Assembly (NCBI GenBank): GCA_951812585.1
Contig: OX638318.1
Coordinates: 88,819-152,818 of the forward strand
Length of the DNA stretch: 64,000 bases
DNA from: Rhodothermales bacterium
GTDB lineage: Bacteria; Bacteroidota; Rhodothermia; Rhodothermales; Bin80
Reading direction: 5' to 3'
Position numbers and translations under genes: made by a program. The notes beneath the pieces are model-generated. The model was not told the DNA's origin and ran no database searches. It saw only the letters and a program-made list of their open reading frames with translations. Below, one piece after another: positions 36,901 through 45,100 of this stretch (position 1 is the first letter of the stretch; each line of letters begins with the position of its first letter).

Positions 36901-39467
36901 TTAACCGTTGTCGGGGTCCGAGCCGCGTCACTTGTGGCAGCCGCAACGGAGGGATACGTCGGAAGAAGATGCTCCGTCGAGGGGTCCATCGTACCCCTAA
37001 ACGTCAGGCTTCCGGTAGTCGCTTCGAATCCACCCTTCGCATCCACCATAGCGTCGCCTACAATCACGCTGCTTGGTGCGGTAAATGGAAAATCGCTTGT
37101 CACAACCAAGGTGCCCCGCTGCAGATTAAGCCTACCCGTGACATTGATACGGCTAGTCAACTCCACCTCGGTAGCCTTGGTGGCCAGGTAGATGTCAAGG
37201 GTTGACAGCGTGATGCCATTATACACTTCATGCCCCGTATCGAAGGAGCCCAAGCTGCCCGTGTACATTACCCTGCTTGGAGTGCGATACGCCCTGGACC
37301 CACTGTCCGTGGTGTATTCCATGTACGCGTTGATCCCCGACCCCCGGTTGATATCGCCCACAGTTCCTGGTGAGCGGTCGATGAGGAGATAGCCCTCATC
37401 TAGATTGAGCATACCGTTGGTGACGAGCTCGCCGCCCATGATGCTGACACCGTCCACAGACACCTCACTGCCCCCAAATATTAGCTCGTTCCTCGTATTC
37501 TTTTTGACTTCCAGCACCAGATTATCCAATGCCAGTGGCATGGGATTGGCGATGGTTTGCGACGTGGAGCCGCTGAATACGATTGCAGCGCCCGAGATGC
37601 CTGGTGCCCCGCTCGAGCAAACATTGGAATAGTCAGGCGAGACCGTACCGGTCGAACGCACCACCTGCTCTGTTGCATCCGTGAGGTCCAGCATACCCCC
37701 TTGCAACTCAAGTGTGCCATTGACCATGGCATGCACTATGGCCACCCCATAGACACCGCCCTGCACAGTCGTCGTCCCGGTCTTGATCGTCCGCCCGTTC
37801 TCGAGCGTCTTCTCGCTCTCGAAGTACGCGCCTCCGTAGCACTGGGGACTCTCTTCTATCTTGTACGTTCCTCCATCGTCCTCGTATCCATCCCCATCAA
37901 CAACCAACTTGTTGGCCATCATCGGCTTCGAGGCATTATTGAGCTCCACGGAGCCTCCTATCGCACCGCCGTTGAAATACACGCCCGTTGTGAGGCCGCG
38001 ACTCGGCAGAATATGCCCGGGAGTGATCGTGCTGTCGCCGGATACTGCATCCACTGCCACTAAGGCTGGATCCACTGTAGGGAGCCGGTTTCCAGAAAAC
38101 CACTTGTCCTCCATTCCGTAGCACTCCACAACAGGATCCGGCAGACTCCTGGTTGTTGTCGCATTTCCGGTTGACGGATCCGTGTAAACAGCAGTTGCAT
38201 CAACCGTGCCAATACCCGTAAGAACAGCGCCTGGCGCGGGGGCTCCCTGACCTTCAATAAATACGTCCCCGGAAATTGTCGTGCGGTCGAATTTCGTCTG
38301 CGCCATACCGCCGCTTCTGAAACTGCCTGAGACGTTGCTGGAGCTCACCCACAGTACGCCGGCCATATTCGTGGACTGGGCACCCGTGCCAAAGTTGGGA
38401 CTGATGCGCACGCCCGCTTGTGTGTCTTTCATCACATCCAAGGCGATCACTCCGTCCCCATTGATCCTGTATGCATGGGAATACTCATTCTCATTCTGCC
38501 ACCCCGAGTACATTGGATATACGTAGACGTAGTCAGCACCATCTTCTTCTGTCTTTATTTCCGTCAGCATCTCCGCCTCCACGCTGATATACAGAGTGCT
38601 GATTCCGTCCGACGTGACCATACCCGAAACGTTGGCTGACGGAAAACCGTCGGGGCCGCCGTAATCGAACATCTCGGCGTAGGCGCTGTCAGCTTCTCCC
38701 ATGGGCCGGGGCGCGTTGAGGTAGAGACCTTTGTCTCCGCTCAGCTCCAGCGTACCCATGACGTCAAGCTCGCCCCAAACCATGATGCCGTTGTCTGCCG
38801 TCCTAGCGGTATTGATAAACCCACCTGTGCATGTGCCCGTAACTTCGACCGTTTTACCTGAGGGGATCTCCAAGCGTTCAAAGTTTGGGCAGGTGCCGTC
38901 GCCGCCGGAGCCGTCGCTTACATCCATCGTCGTGTTCTGATCAATGACGATGTTGCCGCCAAGCGCCGTACGTGTCATATACTCGTTAAACACGCCATAA
39001 ACAGCCTGATCGGTTTCTGTGCCCGCTGGCGCGGTATCACCAAATGCGATCGTTCCAGACCTCAGGTAGAGCGTAGAGCGCTCATATTCCCGATAGAACG
39101 TCAACGAACCAGCGGTGAAGGTCAGGTTGCCCTGTATCGTCAAATCACCCTCGACCATGTGGTACTTGCTATTAGACGAGGTCTTATAAAGCAGCAGCGT
39201 TGTTTCGTCGTTTACAGTGAGGTGTTCCTGAACGAATACGCTGGAGCTTGTACCGCGGATGCGCACGGCTACGGTATCCTCATCCGCCATGCCTTGAGTT
39301 ATCGTCAAGCACGGCGCATCAAACGTGCAGTCCGCGGCAGTACCGTCCCCGTCGGCCGGATCAACGTAAGCAATGGTTTCTACTTGCCCAAACGCTGTCC
39401 CAGAAAACATCCCGCCAAGCAGCATCAGTGCCGCCACGGCAAGACCGAGAGTTGTAAAGTTCTTCAT
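33978..39467 (-). CDS. Giant T9SS-sorted surface protein, paralogue 1 (1,829 aa)
   Basis: ATG preceded by GGAGGGGG. Signal peptide LAVAALMLLGGMFSGTAFGQ. I recognise no domain in the first ~1,400 aa. Two DUF4397-like modules (ARVQFVHNVAGATVDVYLDD..., VDFYVVHGASALGEIDIR...) precede the T9SS tail (NYPNPFNPSTRIEFDL...GNYFYRV...MVLIK). Confidence 0.85.
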   Translation of the reverse strand: MKNFTTLGLAVAALMLLGGMFSGTAFGQVETIAYVDPADGDGTAADCTFDAPCLTITQGMADEDTVAVRIRGTSSSVFVQEHLTVNDETTLLLYKTSSNSKYHMVEGDLTIQGNLTFTAGSLTFYREYERSTLYLRSGTIAFGDTAPAGTETDQAVYGVFNEYMTRTALGGNIVIDQNTTMDVSDGSGGDGTCPNFERLEIPSGKTVEVTGTCTGGFINTARTADNGIMVWGELDVMGTLELSGDKGLYLNAPRPMGEADSAYAEMFDYGGPDGFPSANVSGMVTSDGISTLYISVEAEMLTEIKTEEDGADYVYVYPMYSGWQNENEYSHAYRINGDGVIALDVMKDTQAGVRISPNFGTGAQSTNMAGVLWVSSSNVSGSFRSGGMAQTKFDRTTISGDVFIEGQGAPAPGAVLTGIGTVDATAVYTDPSTGNATTTRSLPDPVVECYGMEDKWFSGNRLPTVDPALVAVDAVSGDSTITPGHILPSRGLTTGVYFNGGAIGGSVELNNASKPMMANKLVVDGDGYEDDGGTYKIEESPQCYGGAYFESEKTLENGRTIKTGTTTVQGGVYGVAIVHAMVNGTLELQGGMLDLTDATEQVVRSTGTVSPDYSNVCSSGAPGISGAAIVFSGSTSQTIANPMPLALDNLVLEVKKNTRNELIFGGSEVSVDGVSIMGGELVTNGMLNLDEGYLLIDRSPGTVGDINRGSGINAYMEYTTDSGSRAYRTPSRVMYTGSLGSFDTGHEVYNGITLSTLDIYLATKATEVELTSRINVTGRLNLQRGTLVVTSDFPFTAPSSVIVGDAMVDAKGGFEATTGSLTFRGTMDPSTEHLLPTYPSVAAATSDAARTPTTVNVNSCAASMSVTLSLREGYTAVRNLNVTEGNAVDLAGNDLVARGGTIDVASGAVLCDSEGDVSCADKGEAFREFFDLADAMDKMRYEDTPEHRVLFAEARKEYEASKANAAKTATAGMIHFAGSVALDAGTDEEALEWMWPPGMILSNGHLTVLAGGTRTTTSAPIAPNNADKVMFSSLTLEENSDELEENSDEKPSNSLAIGPGVDYVMIGGDVSVGNGSEIDYSRRRGGGGHPQVTLMIGGDMMLDGDGQVDVSGDVLSVVGDYMQGSMTTPSNSLVALGGGSHMAMGDFHVGGMHVATDSMITYEFSAGDCAGSTEINGYTVPIGLTVYGDYAFDAASDWNDEASMPANELGMNGTVRFVTNGMSNVSMGGPMSQFCNVEVASDPGGDTGMLNLMSDVSQNIEGRLMLKNGVIGGDPMYRWMITQSSPESSLEGRITAGSGNAVIQLGSRNSYFSGTLSRAIEEGDATGGVVTSGYIFPVGSPKGDGPDSFRPLIMQFPDDLGNTGTASVSYLHDAMADSMEWINLEVGHVDANGNSTDLLLDNAADMFWKVELDAVPAHDPNVRLVADDLPNVFDITGLRIVQWDCDGTNPRLAGVYDVSDDPTDDDSNRGNDFINGVPNLTQEGLELGMCSILGVASNMLQNPISADPILGGTARVQFVHNVAGATVDVYLDDNKVADDFMFQSALAFGVVAAGNHTLDIVAAAAPDNSAPLLSLPVRFDRNKHYHVIAHGNAAAGVVSLVIREDVRTASSVSNMVDFYVVHGASALGEIDIRTLDPVDNTRVTNDLFINNFAFDDVGEYKSLDPGGYNIEVLTSDGATQIEVFRFELDGYADKALVLNMSGVGKSAAEGLTMMGVGMDGSTFFPQVITAAATEELPTEFTLLGNYPNPFNPSTRIEFDLPETAQVSITVFDMLGRNVMTLPAQELEAGHSRTVELNATSLASGNYFYRVVATGASGKHIETGRMVLIK
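36321..36362 (-). repeat. In-frame 21-bp tandem duplication encoding LEENSDE x2
   Basis: ctcgtcgctgttttcttccag occurs twice. The same duplication is at 44511-44552 and 51723-51764 in copies 2 and 3. It lies at the upstream edge of the second hypervariable patch. Confidence 0.9.
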
Positions 39468-40245
39468 GTGTTCAGCCCCCTCCGGGGCGGTTGGTTAACA
39501 CAAACCAGGGCTGGCACCTCCAGCACACCGGCATTCAGGCGGTAGCAGCCCTGGCATTCGGGTCCTACCGCTACGTGTCTACTACACAGCAGTTCGCATG
39601 CATGCGTAACGTGCGCACGAAAAAAAAACCAGCACCCGAATCCTGCAATTCGGCTACGATTCCGTCACGCTTCGTAGCATCAACCCCGCCAAAACCGTTG
39701 GCGCACCAGCTGCAGGCAAGCCTTCGGCCCGGTCACAATGCTGACGCACTACGCGTAGCGCTACTGCAACAGCTAAATATAGGAATCCGCAACAACAATA
39801 CGCCACAGCGCGGATCATCGCACAAGGTATCAACGCACTGGCAATTCCGTTTCACAAGAAATCAACAATCAACAGTGATTAAGCCGCACGCTGCGCGCGC
39901 CGACGAGCACCTGAACGCTCCGTGTGCTGGGAACATTGGCCATCAGCGCGCAAACAGGGCCACTGCCGCGGGCCTATTGACTCTGCTGCTACTTTTCCGC
40001 ACGCTGCTTGCTGTGATGCGCGAACGTTGAAGCTTGTGCCGAAGAGGTTCCGCGTAGCACACAGGGAATCGCCATTCCCCTTGCGCAGCATTTGTGCCTT
40101 GCACAGATCCAGATAGCGCCACGCAGGCAAACGCGCAAAAAGGTGCGCCTGTGTGTGCGCTACCTTTCCTTCGTGAACCGCCTCAGCGGTGTGTGCCAAC
40201 AAAAATGAGACAAATTCGCCTCGGATTTAGTGTAGCGGATGGAAC

Positions 40246-41370
40246 TCATGTGGGCAGTAACTGGTCGCGTGTGACTACGAAGTTGCGGGACTGGCGGCCA
40301 TTGCTCTTGGCTACGAGCTTCACCGCAGCCTGGGGGTCGTCTGGCGGGTTGATCCACACCTTCCGCGGTGGCATGGGTACCTTGGGCATCCCCCGAATGA
40401 ATCGCTCCGGTTCTCGCGCATAGGCTTCCTGCATGACGCGCTGTCGCGCCTTCCATACCTCGCGCGTCTTGCCGTAGTGGATCGTCGAGGGATGCATCAG
40501 CGCAATCCCCGTGTGGTAGAATTCGTTGTTGTACCAATGGAAGAAGAGCCGCGCCCAGCTCCGGGCGTCCTCCAGGGAGCCGAAGCGCACCTCGTAAGTC
40601 CGGTGGTACTTCGCCGTGCGGAAGTGCGCCTCCGAATAGGGATGGTCGTTCGAGCGATACGGACGGCTGTAGGAGCCTTCCACTCCCAGCTCTGCCAACA
40701 GCTGCACATACGTCTTGCTTGTCATCACCGGGCCGCGATCCGAATGGAGGACCAGCTGGTCTCTTCGGACGTTTTGACGCGCGCATGTGGCCAGGACGAG
40801 ATCCTTGGCCAGCGCGGCAGACTCAAACGAGGCAAGGGTCCATCCCACCACGTAGCGGCTGAAGACATCCCGTAGCACGTAGCGCTTGAAGTGCAGGCCC
40901 TTAACCGGGCCCCGAAGCGTGGTGATGTCCCACGTCCAAAGCTCGTTCGGAGCTTGGGCCAACCACTCCGGCTTCGTGTACGGAGGATGTACGCGCTGAT
41001 TCCTGCGCTCGCGTATCGCCCTGTTTTCACTAAGGATACGATACATGGTGCGCCAGTGGCACAGGTAGGTGCCTTCATCCAGGAGCGTGGCCCAGATCTG
41101 GCGTGGCGGCAGGTCCACAAAACGCCTCGCGTTCAATATCGCCCGAATCTCCGCCCGGCGAGCTTCCGACAACCGTCGGCTGCTCTGGCGACGCCGCTTC
41201 GGCTGCTGCTGCGCCGCACGTTGACTTCTGTAATAGGAGGCGCGAGAGATCCCCACGTGGCGGCAGGCCGCCACCGTACCCAGAATCGGACGCAATGCCT
41301 TGACCCTCTCCCTCATCGCTACCCGGCCTCGCTCTCGCTGCTGATGCCAAAGAGCATGCAGACTTTTTTT
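40246..41370 (-). CDS. IS3 transposase OrfB (DDE integrase core; expressed by -1 frameshift from orfA)
   Basis: The slippery run of 8 A on the coding strand is at 41364-41371 (A AAA AAA G). OrfB contains LWTWDITTL..., HSDRGPVMTS and YSEAHFRTAKY..., a DD(35)E-type core. Confidence 0.8.
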   Translation of the reverse strand, partial: KKSLHALWHQQRERGRVAMRERVKALRPILGTVAACRHVGISRASYYRSQRAAQQQPKRRRQSSRRLSEARRAEIRAILNARRFVDLPPRQIWATLLDEGTYLCHWRTMYRILSENRAIRERRNQRVHPPYTKPEWLAQAPNELWTWDITTLRGPVKGLHFKRYVLRDVFSRYVVGWTLASFESAALAKDLVLATCARQNVRRDQLVLHSDRGPVMTSKTYVQLLAELGVEGSYSRPYRSNDHPYSEAHFRTAKYHRTYEVRFGSLEDARSWARLFFHWYNNEFYHTGIALMHPSTIHYGKTREVWKARQRVMQEAYAREPERFIRGMPKVPMPPRKVWINPPDDPQAAVKLVAKSNGRQSRNFVVTRDQLLPT

Positions 41371-41720
41371 TGAACCTCTATGATGGCCTCGGCCTTCTGA
41401 AGCTGCTGCCGGGACTGACCAAGCGCCTTGCGCAGCCGCCGAATCTCCTCGTCCTTGGCCAACAGTTCCTTCCCAGCCTGGGTCGAACCATAAAGCGCTC
41501 CATATTCGCGCTGCTTGCGCCACTGGGCCAGATGAGACGAGTAAAGGCCTTCCCGACGCAAAAGCGCACCGACCTCTCCAGGCTTGCTGCAGAGCTCGGC
41601 CTCGTCCAGAATGCGCATCTTGTAACTGGCCGTGAACCTGCGGCGCTTGGCCTTGGGAACCACTTCAGTCGGAGGGACCTCTGCCGTACCGGTCGTGTTG
41701 GAAGGGTAATCGGATTCCAT
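41319..41720 (-). CDS. IS3 transposase OrfA (HTH)
   Basis: MESDYPS...KRRRFTASYKMRILDEAE...LLRREGLYSSHLAQWRKQ is typical of IS3 OrfA. It ends just after the QKKV slippery site. Confidence 0.8.
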   Translation of the reverse strand: MESDYPSNTTGTAEVPPTEVVPKAKRRRFTASYKMRILDEAELCSKPGEVGALLRREGLYSSHLAQWRKQREYGALYGSTQAGKELLAKDEEIRRLRKALGQSRQQLQKAEAIIEVQKKVCMLFGISSESEAG

Positions 41721-42097
41721 GATTGAATAGGGGAAAATGATGGATTGGTTAAGCAAAATCGCCAGACCAGCCCTGCCGCTTGAACCCCAACGCGGCTACA
41801 CTATTAATGTATTGAACTGTCTCACTTCTTATTGGCACAGAGGGCAGTGACGACTAAGCGACGTCAAAGCGATATAAGGCAAGTGTAGAATTTATTGCCC
41901 CATCTTTGCTGCGTAAATAAAGCCGGCGCTCAGCGCCGCACATGCCGGGCGCATGGACACGCGCCGCCATGCACCAAGTTGGCCGCAGCTGCAGCGTGCT
42001 CGAATCACTGGCGGCAGAAGCAGAGCTTGCGTGCGGTGGGCGTGGCGTGCGCTTTGAATCCGCAGCCACCAGTCGGATGATATCGACCACTGCGCCT

Positions 42098-42140
42098 AAA
42101 AAGCAAGACGCCCCGGCACCGATTACGGCACCGGGGCGTC
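42098..42140 (-). terminator. Rho-independent terminator of giant gene copy 2
   Basis: Same hairpin and T tract as 33905-33947. Confidence 0.7.
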
Positions 42141-42170
42141 TCCCCTATACTCGCTTTGCGAGACGAATCA

Positions 42171-45100
42171 CTACTTGATCAGAACCATCCGACCAGTCTC
42201 AATGTGTTTGCCGGAGGCACCCGTAGCGACTACTCGGTAGAAGTAGTTGCCCGAAGCCAGGCTTGTTGCATTGAGCTCGACCGTACGGCTGTGTCCAGCC
42301 TCCAGCTCCTGTGCTGGCAGCGTCATCACATTCCGTCCAAGCATGTCAAACACCGTGATGCTCACCTGTGCCGTCTCAGGCAGATCAAATTCAATCCGCG
42401 TAGACGGGTTGAACGGATTCGGATAGTTGCCCAAGAGCGTAAACTCTGTCGGCAACTCCTCGGTCGCCGCAGCCGTGATGACCTGCGGGAAGAACGTGCT
42501 ACCGTCCATCCCCACGCCCATCATTGTGAGGCCCTCAGCAGCAGATTTGCCAACGCCAGACATGTTAAGCACCAGCGCCTTGTCCGCGTAGCCATCCAAC
42601 TCGAAACGGAAGACCTCGATCTGCGTGGCACCATCAGAGGTTAACACCTCGATGTTGTAGCCGCCCGGATCCAGCGACTTGTACTCGCCCACATCGTCAA
42701 ACGCAAAGTTGTTGATGAACAAGTCGTTGGTCACGCGCGTGTTGTCCACCGGATCCAGCGTGCGGATGTCAATCTCTCCCAATGCGCTCGCACCGTGCAC
42801 CACGTAAAAGTCCACCATGTTGCTGACGCTGGACGCCGTGCGCACATCCTCCCGGATGACCAGACTCACCACGCCGGCCGCCGCGTTACCATGCGCAATC
42901 ACATGGTAGTGCTTGTTCCGGTCGAAGCGAACTGGCAGACTCAGTAGCGGCGCGGAGTTGTCCGGCGCAGCAGCAGCGACGATGTCCAGCGTGTGATTGC
43001 CTGCAGCAACGACCCCAAAGGCAAGCGCCGACTGAAACATGAAGTCGTCCGCGACCTTGTTGTCGTCGAGGTAAACATCCACCGTAGCTCCGGCTACGTT
43101 GTGAATGAACTGCACACGCGCCGTGCCTCCAAGGATCGGATCCGCACTGATCGGATTCTGCAGCATGTTCGAAGCAACACCTAGAATGCTGCACATACCC
43201 AGTTCCAACCCCTCCTGGGTCAGGTTTGGAACGCCGTTGATGAAATCGTTCCCCCGGTATGAGTCGTCATCCGTCGGGTCGGCGCTAACATCATACACGC
43301 CAGCCAGACGTGGATTCGTTCCATCGCAGTCCCACTGAACAATACGAAGGCCCGTGATGTCAAAAACGTTCGGCAAATCGTCAGCAACAAGGCGTACGTT
43401 CGGGTCGTGTGCCGGCACAGCATCCAACTCCACCTTCCAGAACATGTCCGCCGCATTATCCAACAACAGATCCGTGCTGTTGCCATTGGCATCTACATGC
43501 CCCACTTCAAGGTTTATCCATTCCATCGAATCCGCTATTGCATCGTGCAGATAGCTCACCGATGCCATGCCCGTGTTGCCCAGATCGTCAGGGAACTGCA
43601 TGATCAGCGGGCGGAAGGAGTCTGGACCATCGCCCTTCGGACTGCCAACAGGGAAGATGTAGCCTGACGTTACTACGCCCCCGGTGGCATCGCCCTCCTC
43701 AATCGCGCGGCTCAGCGTCCCACTGAAGTAGCTGTTACGCGAACCCAACTGGATGACCGCATTGCCACTGCCCGCCGTGATGCGCCCCTCCAGGGAACTC
43801 TCGGGCGACGATTGCGTGATCATCCACCTGTACATTGGATCACCGCCGATGACGCCGTTCTTCAGCATAAGCCTGCCTTCTATGTTCTGACTGACATCGC
43901 TCATCAGATTCAGCATGCCCGTATCACCGCCTGGATCAGAGGCTACCTCCACATTGCAGAACTGCGACATCGGGCCGCCCATCGATACGTTCGACATGCC
44001 ATTCGTGACAAACCGAACCGTGCCGTTCATGCCCAGCTCATTGGCCGGCATGCTCGCTTCGTCATTCCAGTCACTCGCAGCATCGAAAGCATAATCCCCG
44101 TACACCGTCAATCCGATCGGTACTGTGTAGCCGTCAAGTTCGATCGATCCGGCGCAATCTTCGGCACTAAACTCGTAGGTAATCATGCTGTCGGTAGCAA
44201 CGTGCATTCCGCCCACATGAAAATCGCCCATCGCCATATGAGATCCACTAACCAAGTCCACCAACGAATTGCCTGGCGTCGTCATCGAACCCTGCATGTA
44301 GTCACCAGCCACCGACAAGACATCCCCGAATAAGTTCACCCTGCCATCTCCATCCAGCATCATGTCCCCGCCAATCATCAGCGTAGTCTGCGGATGGCCT
44401 CCGCCGCGGCCGCTTCTGACCAAGATCGAAGACCCGTTGCCAACGGATACGTCCCCGCCAATCATCACGTAGTCCACACCCGAGCTAATCGTTAAGACGT
44501 TGCTCGACTCCTCGTCGCTGTTTTCTTCCAGCTCGTCGCTGTTTTCTTCCAGCGTAAGACTCGAAAACATCACCTTATCGGCGTTGTTCGGCGCAATTGG
44601 AGCCGTAGTAGTAGAAAGAGTACCGCCGGCCTGCACAATCAAGTGTCCATTGGAAAGAATCATTCCGGGAGGCCACATCCACTCAAGGGCTTCTTCGTCC
44701 GTTCCTGCATCGAGCGCGACCGAGCCTGCAAAGTGGATCATCCCCGCCGTAGCAGTCTTGGCAGCGTTCGCTTTAGACGCCTCGTACTCTTTACGGGCCT
44801 CCGCAAACAGCACACGGTGCTCAGGCGTGTCTTCGTAGCGCATCTTGTCCATCGCATCCGCGAGGTCAAAGAACTCGCGGAAGGCCTCGCCTTTACCTGC
44901 GCAGGACACATCGCCCTCGGAGTCACACAGCACAGCGCCGGGTGCAACGTCAATCGTGCCGCCGCGGGCTACAAGATCATTGCCCGCAAGGTCCACCGCG
45001 TTACCCTCGGTAACGTTCAGATTCCTGACAGCCGTATATCCTTCGCGCAGCGACAGGGTGACACTCATGCTGGCGGCGCAACTGTTGACATTAACCGTTG

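Larger units (their letters stand above)
40187..41844 (-). mobile_element. IS3-family insertion sequence, apparently intact
   Basis: The empty site is visible in unit 2/3 (cctcag|tgacgac at 49057-49069). The filled site has cag on both sides (40184-40186, 41845-41847), a 3-bp target duplication. Imperfect terminal inverted repeats share TGTGCCAA.AA.AA.TGAGACA..TTC. It has orfA/orfB with an A8 slippery run. Confidence 0.85.

Noticed and set aside
39600-39660. A hairpin (ccgaat/attcgg) plus T9 run in the giant-gene leader, considered as an intrinsic terminator or attenuator.
   Set aside because: The stem is only 6 bp and AT-containing, and 7 nt separate it from the T run. That is not a convincing terminator. 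It is kept only as a homopolymer polymorphism in the leader finding.
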